Source: Terriglobia bacterium
GTDB lineage: Bacteria; Acidobacteriota; Terriglobia; JAJPHL01; JAPKYU01
Reading direction: 5' to 3'
NCBI GenBank assembly: GCA_965206645.1
Contig: CBDBKE010000002.1
Coordinates: 320,001-384,000 of the forward strand
Length of the DNA: 64,000 nucleotides
The position numbers and the translations under genes are program-made. Below are positions 1 through 9,766 of this stretch, one piece after another. How positions within the stretch are numbered: position 1 is the first letter of the stretch; each line of letters starts with the position of its first letter. The notes beneath the pieces are model-generated. The model had not been told where the DNA came from and searched no databases. It saw nothing but the letters and a program-made list of their open reading frames with translations.

Positions 1-3
1 TCT

Positions 4-837
4 GTGAAACGAGTCCTCGTGGTTGTCCTGGCGGTTGTAGCGGCGTTCGCTGTGTCAGTTTCACGCCTTCATGCGCAACAAACCTCTATCAATTGCGATA
101 CCAAGGAGCACGGCCTCCAGCGGCAAATCAATAGTGCGGCGGATGCGGAGATCTTCGTTATCGGGACCTGCGAGGGACCTTTGCGCATTACCAGGAATTT
201 CACGTTGACCGGTCCCGCAACACTGTCGGCGCCTGGCAGCGAGAGTGTTCTTTTGATAAGTGGGGCTGCTGTGGAACTTCGCGGTCTCACGGTCGATGGC
301 AGTGGCGCCAATGTGGCGATCAAAGTTGCTAGCGGCTCGGTCAGCCTCAACAACGTGACTGTCCGGAATGCTTCCACCGCAGGTGTGTTTGTCGGAGACA
401 CGAGCTTTGCCGACATTCGGCAGAGTACGATCAACAGCAACGGCGTGGGAGTGTTCGTGACGAAGAGTTCGAGTGCAAACGTGGTTGAAAATACAATCCA
501 CAACAATTCTGGCAGTGGGATTGCCATAGATCTGAATAGCTCGGCCAAAGTTCGTGGCAACAAGATCAAAAACAACAAAAACGGACTGTGGGTGACCACG
601 ATGTCATCCGTTACCATTGGGGGGAACACAATCAAAAATAATTCCGCCAAGGGGGTTTGGGTCGGGCAGCAGTACGCGTACGTCGGAACATTGGGTCCGC
701 CAAACACCATTCAAAACAACAAGGTCGACGTAGAGTGCGGCAATAGAGGCATCTTTGAGTCCCCGCTAGCGCAGAAAAGCACCACAAAAACCGTAGCGAT
801 CACCGGTGGTTGCGCAGTCCTTGGCAGAATGTTTTGA
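4..837 (+). CDS. Secreted right-handed parallel beta-helix repeat protein (NosD/pectin-lyase-like fold)
   Basis: Hydrophobic signal peptide; repeated NxIxNNxxGI/V-x-V motifs typical of PbH1 repeats. Confidence 0.75.
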   Translation: MKRVLVVVLAVVAAFAVSVSRLHAQQTSINCDTKEHGLQRQINSAADAEIFVIGTCEGPLRITRNFTLTGPATLSAPGSESVLLISGAAVELRGLTVDGSGANVAIKVASGSVSLNNVTVRNASTAGVFVGDTSFADIRQSTINSNGVGVFVTKSSSANVVENTIHNNSGSGIAIDLNSSAKVRGNKIKNNKNGLWVTTMSSVTIGGNTIKNNSAKGVWVGQQYAYVGTLGPPNTIQNNKVDVECGNRGIFESPLAQKSTTKTVAITGGCAVLGRMF

Positions 838-1377
838 TCTGTATTTGGCCAACGCACGCAGTGGCGCTGTTGACATCTTCGTCGGATGCTGCCGCTTCCT
901 GCGCACCAGATACGGCTTGACTTCACTACGCTGGGAACACATGATCCCAGGTAAAACACCGGCAGCAGGAGGACCGTCATGAGAAAGATGGGGATATTAT
1001 CAGTCGCTCTCTTCTTGGCAACGTGCTCGATCCCTGCCTGGGCACAGGTCACGTTTGACAAAGTTCAAATCCGGACGAACTTCCTCGAAGCGAAGGAGGG
1101 CGACAAAGGCAAGCTGGTCATCAACAGTGAACGGATTCAGTTTACGAAAAAAGACGCAGTGACCGAATACTTCTCGATACCGGCGAAGGCGGTGACGGAA
1201 GTGCTCTACTCGAGTGTTTCCGGGAGGCGGAAAGGTACGTTCCTGTTGACCAAAGGTCGCAAGCACTACATGGCTCTGTCGTTCAATGACGGCGCGGACC
1301 TGGTTGGTAAGGTCGAGTTCAAGCTCCACAAGAGCAACTACCAAAGTGTGCTTGGGACTGTCGAGGAAGTGACCGGC

Positions 1378-1503
1378 CGGACCGTGGCATCCCAAGAGGA
1401 GGGCGTGGAGGACACTGAGCAGACCGTCGCATCCCAAGAGGAGAGCGTGAAGGAAACTAAGCAGACCGTCACATCCCAAGAGGGGGGCGTGAAGGACACT
1501 AAG
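1378..1503 (+). repeat. 42-bp coding tandem repeat (TVASQEEGVEDTEQ-like) x3, with a fourth partial copy after the IS at about 3168-3195
   Basis: Direct reading: gaccgt(g/c)(g/a)catcccaagagg recurs every 42 bp. Confidence 0.85.
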
Positions 1504-3162
1504 CCCGGATTTCCTTTATGAACTATCGGCGGCAACCTTCTGAATGACTCCAACGTCAGTATTGATGCAGGTTCCAGCATCAACATTGCCTTCCGGAGGT
1601 GTACACCGAATGGGTGAGAGCCAAAAACAGGCGTTTCAACTGTCATTCAACCGGTTTCTGCGGGTCACATTTCAGGGATCGCGAATCACTTCCGACGGCG
1701 GTCTGATTGTGGTGCGCGAGTTGGACGAACGTTTGGGGTTCGGCGAACTTATCGAACAGCACTTGATCGACTCTCGGGGGAAGAACACCCGGTTGCCCCT
1801 CGCTGACTTGCTGCGGCAGTCCATCTACAGCCGCTTGGCAGGATACGAAGACGTCAACGACGCCGAGCGGCTTTCCCAAGATCCGACGTTCCGGCTGATC
1901 GGTTCGGAGAAGATCTGGGAACGTGGCGCAGCCCTGACTTCCCGGTTACAGTCGTTCGAGACAGAACTGCTGACGCAAGACGAGAACCTTGCTGGTTTGG
2001 CAGCGATCAACCGGGATTTGATCGCCAGGGCGGAAGCTATGGATGCGCCGCGCCGGGTGGTGCTGGACATGGACAGCACCGAGATCCCGGTCTACGGCGA
2101 ACAGGAGCAGAGCGCCTACAACGGGCATTTCGAGTCGAGTTGCTATCACCCGTTGTTGCTGTTCAGTCGCGAGGGTGACTGTCTGGCGGCCAAGCTGCGA
2201 CCCGGCAACGTGCACAGCGCCGAGGATTGGGAAGAACTTCTCCTGCCAGAGATCGAACGGCAGCAGAAGCTGGGCAAGGAAGTGGTGTTTCGCGCCGACG
2301 CCGCCTTCGCCAAGCCGGAGATCTACGACGCACTGGAGGAGCGGGACGTGAAGTATGCGATTCGCGTCCCGGCCAACGACAGTCTGGAGAGGGACATCGC
2401 GGAGTTGTTGACGCGGTCAGTGGGGCGACCGAGCCACAAGCCGGTGGTCTGGTACAAGAGCTTTCTCTACCAGGCAGCCAGTTGGAAAAAGGCGCGGCGG
2501 GTGGTGGCGAAGGTGGAGTTCCACTTTGGCGAACTGTTCCCTCGCGTGGAGTTCATCGTCACCAATCTGGAGACCGACAGCCGGGCGGTGGTCCGGTTCT
2601 ACAACAAGCGGGGCACCGCAGAGCAATGGATCAAGGAAGGCAAGCAGGCGGTAAAGATGACCCGGCTGAGTTGCCATCGGTTTCGGTCGAACGAGGTGCG
2701 CCTATGGCTGAGCCTGATCGCCTACAACTTGGGAAACCTGTGGCGGCGGCTGGTGCTACCGAAGAGGATCAACAACTGGTCGCTGACGAGTTTGCAGCAG
2801 CGGCTGGTGAAAACGGGAGGACGGCTGGTGAAACATGCGCGATATTACTGGCTTTTGCTGGCCGAAGGGCACTTGAGCCGGAGGCTGTTCAGCAGCATGC
2901 TGCGAACAATCTCGGCACTGCCGCTGCCAGACGGCTAGCGAACCGGGAGAGAGGGTAATTTTAGGTGCTCAGAAGTGGTCGGGCCGGATAAGTGTCAGCG
3001 GCGAGGCAGGCTGGGCAGGCGAAACCCGCACAGCGACTCCGAAGAACAGCCAAAATGTGCCGCACTACCACCTCAAAGAGGCCCGGGCGATTTGCGATTG
3101 ACACGACAGGGTAAGAGGCATAGGTTTTCGGGTGAAGGGGAAGCTCAAAATGGAAATTCCGG
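1504..3162 (+). mobile_element. IS1380-family insertion sequence, copy 1 (type A, 1659 bp)
   Basis: Ends CCCGGATTTCC...GGAAATTCCGG; 5-bp TSD CTAAG at 1499-1503 and 3163-3167; single DDE transposase. Confidence 0.92.
1610..2938 (+). CDS. IS1380-family transposase
   Basis: TSDGGL, GYEDVND, LDMDST, FRADAAF and FYNKRGTAEQWIKEGK motifs. The ATG at 1610 follows a GGAGG RBS; the ORF track starts at 1544. Confidence 0.92.
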   Translation: MGESQKQAFQLSFNRFLRVTFQGSRITSDGGLIVVRELDERLGFGELIEQHLIDSRGKNTRLPLADLLRQSIYSRLAGYEDVNDAERLSQDPTFRLIGSEKIWERGAALTSRLQSFETELLTQDENLAGLAAINRDLIARAEAMDAPRRVVLDMDSTEIPVYGEQEQSAYNGHFESSCYHPLLLFSREGDCLAAKLRPGNVHSAEDWEELLLPEIERQQKLGKEVVFRADAAFAKPEIYDALEERDVKYAIRVPANDSLERDIAELLTRSVGRPSHKPVVWYKSFLYQAASWKKARRVVAKVEFHFGELFPRVEFIVTNLETDSRAVVRFYNKRGTAEQWIKEGKQAVKMTRLSCHRFRSNEVRLWLSLIAYNLGNLWRRLVLPKRINNWSLTSLQQRLVKTGGRLVKHARYYWLLLAEGHLSRRLFSSMLRTISALPLPDG

Positions 3163-3283
3163 CTAAGCAGACCCTCGCATCCCAAGAGGACGACAGATCC
3201 GGAGACATGCAAGGTGTCCTGAAGTTAACTTGCGACCCTGCTTGGCTTGAAGTCCGGATCGACGGAATCTACGGAGGAGTCTG

Positions 3284-4603
3284 TGACCAGACCGATTTTT
3301 TGTACCAACCGTAGTGAGAGTTTACATCGCAGCCTGGGGCTGTGAAACTGGTTTCAGTGGCAGGGGAGGGCTATAGGCCCCCGGCGCCGGGGGCCTATAG
3401 CCGAGCGCCGAGTGCGGCCGCACCGTGTTGTATTGCACCCTCCACTGTTCAATCACCACCTGTGCCTCCTTAGGCCCCCGGCGCCGGGGGCCTATAGCCG
3501 AGCGCCGAGTGCGGCCGCACCGTGTTGTATTGCACCCTCCACAACGAGTAGAAGATCTCTCCATTCAGGCATTCGTCCCGCAGCTTCCCATTGAAACTCT
3601 CGCAGTACCCGTTCTCCCAGGGACTGCCCGGTTCGATGTACAGTGTCCCGGTCCCTAGATTTGCCAACCACTGGCGCAGTTGTTTGGCGATGAACTCGGG
3701 ACCATTGTCGGATCGAATCTGTTCCGGTATCCCTCGCCACAACATCACGTCCGACAACGCCTCAATGATTTGTTGGCTGCCCATCCTCCGCTCCACCCGG
3801 ATCGCCAGGCATTCCCGCGTGTACTCATCCAGCAAGGTCAGCAGCCGCAGCGTTCTCCCCTCGTGCGTTCTGGCACTCATGAAGTCGTAGCTCCACACGT
3901 GGTTCGGTCGCTCCGGCCTCAGTCGTACACAGGAACCGTCGTTCAGCCACAGCCGTCCTCGCGGCCTTTGTTTTTGCGGCACTTTTAGCCCTTCCCGCCG
4001 CCAAATCCGCTGCACCCGGTCCTTGCCCACTTCCCAGCCCGCACTCCGCAGCAACGCTGTGATCCTCCGGTAGCCATATCGCCCGTACTTCGCTCCCAGG
4101 GCAATGATCGCTCGGGTCAGAGCATCCTCGTCCACCCGATGAATCGGCTCGTATCGTTGTGTCCCTCGCCATTGCCCCAGCAGCCGGCAGGCATGCCGTT
4201 CCGACAACCCGTGTTGCTCCCACGCACGCTCCACCGCACAACGCCGCCGCTCAGGGCTCAGAAGTTTCCCTGTGCCACATCCCGCAGCACCTGCTTCTCC
4301 AGAGAAAGCTCCGCTACCAACCGCTTCAGCCGCGTGTTTTCCTTCTCCAACTCCTTTAGCCGTTTTGCCTGCACCACCTTCAGCCCGCCGTATTCCTTCC
4401 GCCACCGGTAGTAGGTTTGGGTGTGGATTCCAGCTTCTTTGCAGGCTTGGGGCGCAGTCTTCCCGTTCCCCATCTGCACTTCTATCTGCCGTAGCACCGC
4501 TACAATCTGCTCCGGCTTGTAACTCCTTGTCGGCATGACCTCACTTCCTCCTCAAGTGGATTCTCTCTCTTTCCACTTGGTACAAAAAGTGCCGGTCAGG
4601 TCA
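3284..4603 (-). mobile_element. IS3-family element with a 70-bp internal duplication that truncates orfB
   Basis: TG...CA ends (TGACCTGACCG/TGACCAGACCG IRs); 4-bp TSD TCTG at 3280-3283 and 4604-4607; orfA 4258-4536; orfB with WSYDF, SDNGPEF and WENGYCESFNG. It is 70 bp longer than the copy at 38480-39729. Confidence 0.92.
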
Positions 4604-4768
4604 TCTGTCCACAGTCCAGAGCATTGGCACCGGGCCAGTACAAGGTCAAGCTGCAAAAGTATGGTTTCAAGGATTGGGAGCGCACGATTGCAATCAAGGC
4701 TGGTGAAACGTTGGAGGTTCGCGTGGAGATGGAGGAGAGCAAGTATTGAAACGAGTGGGCGGCCTGGG

Positions 4769-5245
4769 TTACTCGGGGCGAATCTTGATGAACCATCGAA
4801 TACTGCGGGCTACCTCCTCAAATCCTTCAGTGCGATAGAGCGTGTTCCCAACATGGTTCTCAACCAAGCAGTCCAGGTAGGCGTGCTCAGCGCCACGATC
4901 CAAAAAGGTACCGAGCATAGCGTTCAACAGCCGTCGCCCATGGCCTTTGCCCTGAGCCTTGGGATCGATGGCCAAAAGGTCCACATAGCCCAGTCGAAGT
5001 TCGGGGTCGATGGTCCCACTGGAGAATCCCACGATCTCCCCGTTGGTTTCGCCCAGCAGGATGATTTGGGTCTCGAAGATCCTCTGCATCCGTAGCCTCC
5101 AGTGGTCCTTCCAGTCCTTACCGTTCAAGGAGCCAAACTTCTCGTCAACAAGGCGGAACCAAGTAATGGACTCGAAGCTGCTGATGGCTATCTCTTCAAC
5201 GCGCGGATGATCAGCGGGTGTGGCAAAACGAAAAGTTAGAGGCAT
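4769..5245 (-). CDS. GNAT family N-acetyltransferase
   Basis: LAIDPKAQGKGHGRRLL acetyl-CoA motif A; N...LY...GF motif. Confidence 0.85.
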   Translation of the reverse strand: MPLTFRFATPADHPRVEEIAISSFESITWFRLVDEKFGSLNGKDWKDHWRLRMQRIFETQIILLGETNGEIVGFSSGTIDPELRLGYVDLLAIDPKAQGKGHGRRLLNAMLGTFLDRGAEHAYLDCLVENHVGNTLYRTEGFEEVARSIRWFIKIRPE

Positions 5246-5450
5246 GAGCAGGTCGCCCTCTCTGAATCATGTGTGTTCGCCGGTAGGCCGTGATAGGCCA
5301 TGATCCCCATGTTCAGAACCAGGCAGCACACAATAGGGAGCATTTGAATTGTAATACGGTGACGGCTAATTCCTACTACCGCCTCATAGCACCGCTAGCC
5401 AGAACGCAGCCCACTACCCCGGGAAAGCACTACTTCAGCAGGTTAGGGCA

Positions 5451-6164
5451 CTAGTCGAGGCGTACCACGAAAACGGAGAGGCGGTCCTGCCGGAGCCGTC
5501 CGGCGATCAAAGCGGCTCGTTGCTCGCTGGGCTCATTGCCCACCCAAACGCGGTAGCGGTGCCCGCTGGGGGTCGGGTTCAGGAGCACCGGATACTGGGG
5601 ATAGCTGCGGGCGAGCCGGTCGCGCAATCGGTCGGCATTGCGCCTGTCGGCAAAGGCGCCCACCTGGACAGTGTAGCGGCCGTTGCGAGTCCTCGCGCCA
5701 CCTTCAATACCGGCGGAGGAAGTGGCGCCGTTCCCCGGAACGCGAAGGATTTTTACCCGTACCAGGGCCGTCCCGGGGCCAACCAGACGGATGGCTTTGG
5801 CAGCCTTCAGCGACAGGTCAATGATGCGACCGTCCACAAACGGGCCGCGATCGTTGATGCGCACCTGCACCTTCCGCTCATTCTCCCTGTTGGTCACTTC
5901 CACCTCGGTGCCGAAGGGCAGGGTGCGATGGGCAGCCGTCAGCTTGTGCATGTCGTAAGTTTCGCCGCTGGAAGTCCGCCGGCCGTGGTAGGGATGGCCG
6001 TACCAACTGGCGTACCCGTACTCGAAGTCTCCTGGTTGCACCGCGACAGGGGAAGGAAGTCGCGGCGCGCGTTTCCCGGCACTTCGTTTCTTGCCACACC
6101 CGGCGGCGCCCACCACCAGCACCAGCGCCGCGACCAGGATCAGCCGAGCGTGCCGAGAATCCAT
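5451..6164 (-). CDS. rlpA: Septal ring lytic transglycosylase RlpA family lipoprotein with SPOR domain
   Basis: Lipobox AAGC; ASWYG, TAAHRTLPFGT, RINDRGPF and RIIDLS motifs; C-terminal VQVGAF SPOR domain. Confidence 0.92.
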   Translation of the reverse strand: MDSRHARLILVAALVLVVGAAGCGKKRSAGKRAPRLPSPVAVQPGDFEYGYASWYGHPYHGRRTSSGETYDMHKLTAAHRTLPFGTEVEVTNRENERKVQVRINDRGPFVDGRIIDLSLKAAKAIRLVGPGTALVRVKILRVPGNGATSSAGIEGGARTRNGRYTVQVGAFADRRNADRLRDRLARSYPQYPVLLNPTPSGHRYRVWVGNEPSEQRAALIAGRLRQDRLSVFVVRLD

Positions 6165-6252
6165 GGCTTATTGAAACACACTCTGCAGCGGATTCCGGGA
6201 CGGGCCATTCGGCGAGCACGGTACTATAACGGTACTATAATGGAATCGGCCG

Positions 6253-7173
6253 ATGCCTCTCTCGCCCCACATGAAGTGGAAACTGGAGCGGTACCGCCGC
6301 TCGTTGAGGGACCGGTTGGACAGGCTCAGCTGGCTCTTTAAGACCAGCATGGTGAAGCAGAAGGTTTGCCCGGCCTGTCGCGCCTTGGTGAGTGCGAAGG
6401 AGTCGCGGTGCCCGTACTGCAACGAGTCGCTGTCAGCCCTCCATCGGGCTGGCATCCGACGCTTGCTCGCCGGGTTGGTGCCCGAAAGAGCTCGCTACAC
6501 TACGCTGCTGCTTGGGGCGAACTTTTTCCTGTTCGGGATTGCCCTGCTGGCGGCGGCCCGCAGCGGCGTCGGTCTGGAGGCACTGTGGAGCATGCCCGGT
6601 CGGACGCTGGTGGAGTTGGGCGCACGCGACTACCACGTTGTAGAAGGTGAGTGGTGGCGTCTGGCGACCGCTGTCTTCCTTCATGGCAATCTGATCCACC
6701 TGTTGTTTAACACCCTGGTTCTGTTCGACCTCGGCCCAGCCGTTGAGGAAATGTACGGCACCGCCCGCTACCTGGTGCTCTACTTTCTGGCGGGCATTGC
6801 CGGCAGTCTGGCCAGCTTGCTGTGGCACCCGTTTGCCGTCTCGGTTGGCGCATCAGGCGCCCTGTTTGGCTTGATTGGCGTGATGATCGCCTACGGCTAC
6901 CGGCACCGTACGGCTCTCGGCGCGCAGGTCAAAACGATGTACATGCGCTGGGCCATCTACGGTCTAGTTTTCGGATTCTTCATTCCCGGAATTGACAACG
7001 CCGCCCACATCGGCGGGCTGCTGGCAGGCCTAGTGTTCGGCGCGCTGGTTAGCGACACTCCCTCGTTCCAACGCACCTCCATTCTGGCCTGGCGGTTTGC
7101 CAGTTACACCGTGCTGCTGATGATTGCCATTTCGTTCCTGCTGGTCGGTTGGAACTTCGGCCGGCTGGGCTAG
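6253..7173 (+). CDS. Rhomboid intramembrane serine protease with N-terminal CxxC...CxxC ribbon
   Basis: WWRL, HLLFN, GASG catalytic Ser, AHIGG catalytic His; CPAC and CPYC. Confidence 0.9.
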   Translation: MPLSPHMKWKLERYRRSLRDRLDRLSWLFKTSMVKQKVCPACRALVSAKESRCPYCNESLSALHRAGIRRLLAGLVPERARYTTLLLGANFFLFGIALLAAARSGVGLEALWSMPGRTLVELGARDYHVVEGEWWRLATAVFLHGNLIHLLFNTLVLFDLGPAVEEMYGTARYLVLYFLAGIAGSLASLLWHPFAVSVGASGALFGLIGVMIAYGYRHRTALGAQVKTMYMRWAIYGLVFGFFIPGIDNAAHIGGLLAGLVFGALVSDTPSFQRTSILAWRFASYTVLLMIAISFLLVGWNFGRLG

Positions 7174-7207
7174 CCGGATTTCCCACGTTCGCCAACTGAC
7201 TCGGGGT

Positions 7208-8002
7208 TCAAGGCTTCTCCCTGCCCGACCGGTGCGGATCCCCGGAGACTACATCCTCGTGCGGCGGATTGTATCTCCCCCGGAAGTCCATCCAACGAAT
7301 GCGCCACAGGTCGGCAAACATCCGCGCGCTGGCACTGAACATGGGAACTTTGGTGTCTTGATCATGGCTCCAGAGAACCGGCACCTCTGCAACCTGGTAT
7401 CCAAACTTGCGTGCCAGGTAGAGCACTTCTACGTCGAAGCCAAAGCCATCAATTTGCTGGCGGCTGAAGACGGCGCGCGCTGCCTCGCGCCGGAGCAACT
7501 TGAAACCGCACTGGGTATCCCGGAAAGGAAGTCCGGTAAACGCCCGCACGAGCAGATTAAAAATCCGTCCCGCCGTTTCGCGCATCCGTGACTGGTGCAC
7601 CACGATCAGCTCGGGCCGCAGGGCGCGGGAGCCAATCGCGACGTCGTGGCCGGCTTCGAGCGCCGCCAGCAGCCGGTCAGCTTCCTCGATGGGCGCGGCC
7701 AGGTCGGCGTCGGTAAACAGCGCAACCCGTCCGGCCGCTTCCAGCATTCCGTGGCGCACGCTGTAGCCCTTGCCGCGGTTGCCAGGATTACGCAGCAAGC
7801 GGACGGCCGACCAGTTCGCGGCCGCACGCGTTGCCGCCGCCGCAGTGCCGTCGTGTGAGCCATCGTCCACCACCAGCACCTCCACCGGGAAACTCTTCGA
7901 GGCTGCATAGGCGCCGATGGACTCCAGCGCCCGCGGCAGCCGGGTTTCTTCGTTGTATGCCGGGATGACGATGCTGAGAAAGGGTTCAGGCGATCGGGCC
8001 AA
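7208..8002 (-). CDS. GT2 glycosyltransferase (dolichyl-phosphate beta-glucosyltransferase-like)
   Basis: IPAYNEE, VDDGS, NRGKG, DAD, DTQCGFK and FDVE motifs. Confidence 0.9.
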   Translation of the reverse strand: MARSPEPFLSIVIPAYNEETRLPRALESIGAYAASKSFPVEVLVVDDGSHDGTAAAATRAAANWSAVRLLRNPGNRGKGYSVRHGMLEAAGRVALFTDADLAAPIEEADRLLAALEAGHDVAIGSRALRPELIVVHQSRMRETAGRIFNLLVRAFTGLPFRDTQCGFKLLRREAARAVFSRQQIDGFGFDVEVLYLARKFGYQVAEVPVLWSHDQDTKVPMFSASARMFADLWRIRWMDFRGRYNPPHEDVVSGDPHRSGREKP

Positions 8003-8080
8003 TCAAGACTCCCCCCGCATTATAGCGCCATGCGCTCAGGCACCCTGGCACCGAGCATGGATTTCCTATAACCTGTTGCC

Positions 8081-8302
8081 ATGACCTGCTGTACGGAGAT
8101 GGAGGACGCCCTGGACCGCGAATTCCTGGCGCACGGCTCGATCCAGCGCCTGCCGGGAGGGCGGGTGCTCAATGAAATCGATTCGGAGTACTTCCTGCGC
8201 AACGCCGAGGCGGGCCGCGTCTCTTACATGGCGGTCAATTACTGCCCGTTCTGCGGCCGAGCAATCTCGCGCGGCCTGTGGATCGCGGAAAAGAAAAAGT
8301 AG
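8081..8302 (+). CDS. Small Cys-containing hypothetical protein (CC...CPFCG)
   Basis: Fills the intergenic gap with genome-like codon usage; NYCPFCG zinc-knuckle-like motif. Confidence 0.6.
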   Translation: MTCCTEMEDALDREFLAHGSIQRLPGGRVLNEIDSEYFLRNAEAGRVSYMAVNYCPFCGRAISRGLWIAEKKK

Positions 8303-8382
8303 CGGCAGCCTTTTCTCCTTTCTGGTGTCCAGTGGTTGTAGCGCCGGGATTGTAGCCAGAGGACGCGGCCTGCTTTGGGCAA

Positions 8383-8910
8383 TTACGCCCCGGTGGTCAG
8401 TTCCCGGAAGAAAACAAGCAGGTTGGGATCACCCCAGTCGGCGGGACCAACCAGCTTCCGCAGCAGCCGCCCCTGCCGGTCCAGGATGTAGGTTTCCGGG
8501 TACATATAGGTCTGGTAAAGGGTGGGGACCTGGCGGCCGGGGTCGCGCAGGATGATCATCTCCAGTTGATGGTCGGCCACGAACCGGCGCAAGGCTCGCT
8601 CATCATCGTCCACGCTGACCGCCACCACCACCACTCCACGGGAAGCAAAAATCCGCGCGAAGCGGTTGAGCGAAGGCATCTCCTCGACACACGGAGGGCA
8701 CCAGGTGGCCCAGAAATTCAACACCACCACCTTGCCCCGGTACTTCGAGAGCCGAACCACTTGCCCTTGGAGGTCCGAAAGCTCGAAGTCCGGTGCAACT
8801 TTTCCCACTGCCGGCGGAGCATCGCCGGGATTCAGGATGGCGAAGATGAACGCGACGACCAACACCACCAGGAGTGCGCGTGCCACAGTTTGGGGCTGCA
8901 AAGAAATCAT
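8383..8910 (-). CDS. TlpA/ResA-like thiol-disulfide oxidoreductase
   Basis: N-terminal TM segment; [15 protein letters not shown] and YPETY motifs. Confidence 0.9.
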   Translation of the reverse strand: MISLQPQTVARALLVVLVVAFIFAILNPGDAPPAVGKVAPDFELSDLQGQVVRLSKYRGKVVVLNFWATWCPPCVEEMPSLNRFARIFASRGVVVVAVSVDDDERALRRFVADHQLEMIILRDPGRQVPTLYQTYMYPETYILDRQGRLLRKLVGPADWGDPNLLVFFRELTTGA

Positions 8911-9071
8911 GTCCCGTCGAATGCGCTCTGCCCGACCTGCGGGCGATCTATGCCGTATATGATGATAAGCTCGGAGTCCCCACTCAGTTTACAACAGGAA
9001 GGAAAGGGACTGGGATGCAGCGGTCGCTGCAGCCGGGACGCCCAGGGCCGGGGCGGCGAAATGAGACATCC

Positions 9072-9695
9072 ATGACGAACTCCGCAGTGAAAACACCGGC
9101 CGGGAGCTCGGCTACCGGGGCCACTCCCGACACTCAGCCGTTGCAGGACTTGGTGCGCGAACTGCTGATCCGGCTGGGAGAAGACCCGGAGCGGGACGGC
9201 CTACGGGACACACCCAGACGCGTCGAGCAGGCGCTGCGCTTCCTCACCGGGGGATACCGGAAGAGCCTGGAGGATACGCTGAACGGAGCGCTGTATAGCG
9301 TCACCTACGACGAAATGGTCATCGTGAAGGACATCGAGGTGTTCAGCCTGTGCGAACACCACCTGCTGCCTTTCTTTGGCAAGGTCCATGTGGCCTACAT
9401 CCCCAACAAGAAGGTGATCGGGTTGAGCAAGATCCCCCGCCTGGTAGACATTTTTGCCCAACGTCTCCAAATTCAGGAGCGGCTTACCATGCAGATTGCG
9501 CAGGCCATCGAAGAAAAAATCCAGCCGCAAGGGGTGGGGGTGGTGATGGAAGCACGCCACCTTTGCATGATGATGCGCGGCGTGGAAAAGCAGCATTCCC
9601 AGGCCGTCACCAGCGCCATGCTCGGCTCGTTCCGGGCACAGAAGCAGACCCGGGACGAGTTCCTGGTCCTGGTCCAGCGCGGCAACAATAGCTGA
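9072..9695 (+). CDS. folE: GTP cyclohydrolase I
   Basis: [31 protein letters not shown] and HLCMMMRGV motifs. Start placed at MTNSAV (uncertain). Confidence 0.95.
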   Translation: MTNSAVKTPAGSSATGATPDTQPLQDLVRELLIRLGEDPERDGLRDTPRRVEQALRFLTGGYRKSLEDTLNGALYSVTYDEMVIVKDIEVFSLCEHHLLPFFGKVHVAYIPNKKVIGLSKIPRLVDIFAQRLQIQERLTMQIAQAIEEKIQPQGVGVVMEARHLCMMMRGVEKQHSQAVTSAMLGSFRAQKQTRDEFLVLVQRGNNS

Positions 9696-9766
9696 GTGCG
9701 CCGAGCCCGCAAGGGGCTGTCACACACCAGCGGCAGAAAGTTAGTACCGCGATCGGCTAATTCCTT

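Larger units (their letters stand above)
979..4749 (+). pseudogene. Secreted PEGA-domain protein with 14-aa tandem repeats, split by IS1380 and IS3 (pieces 979-1503, 3163-3283, 4604-4749)
   Basis: Removing both IS and one copy of each TSD (CTAAG, TCTG) restores ...KDTKQTLASQEDD...LKLTCDPAWLEVRIDGIYGGVCPQSRALAPGQYKVKLQKYGFKDWERTIAIKAGETLEVRVEMEESKY*, a PEGA-like pattern. Confidence 0.85.

Noticed and set aside
1378-1503. Regularly spaced repeats as a CRISPR array
   Set aside because: In-frame 42-bp coding repeat with no unique spacers and no cas genes.
8874-9071. Long N-terminal extension of FolE
   Set aside because: It overlaps the divergent TlpA start and promoter region and is not protein-like.
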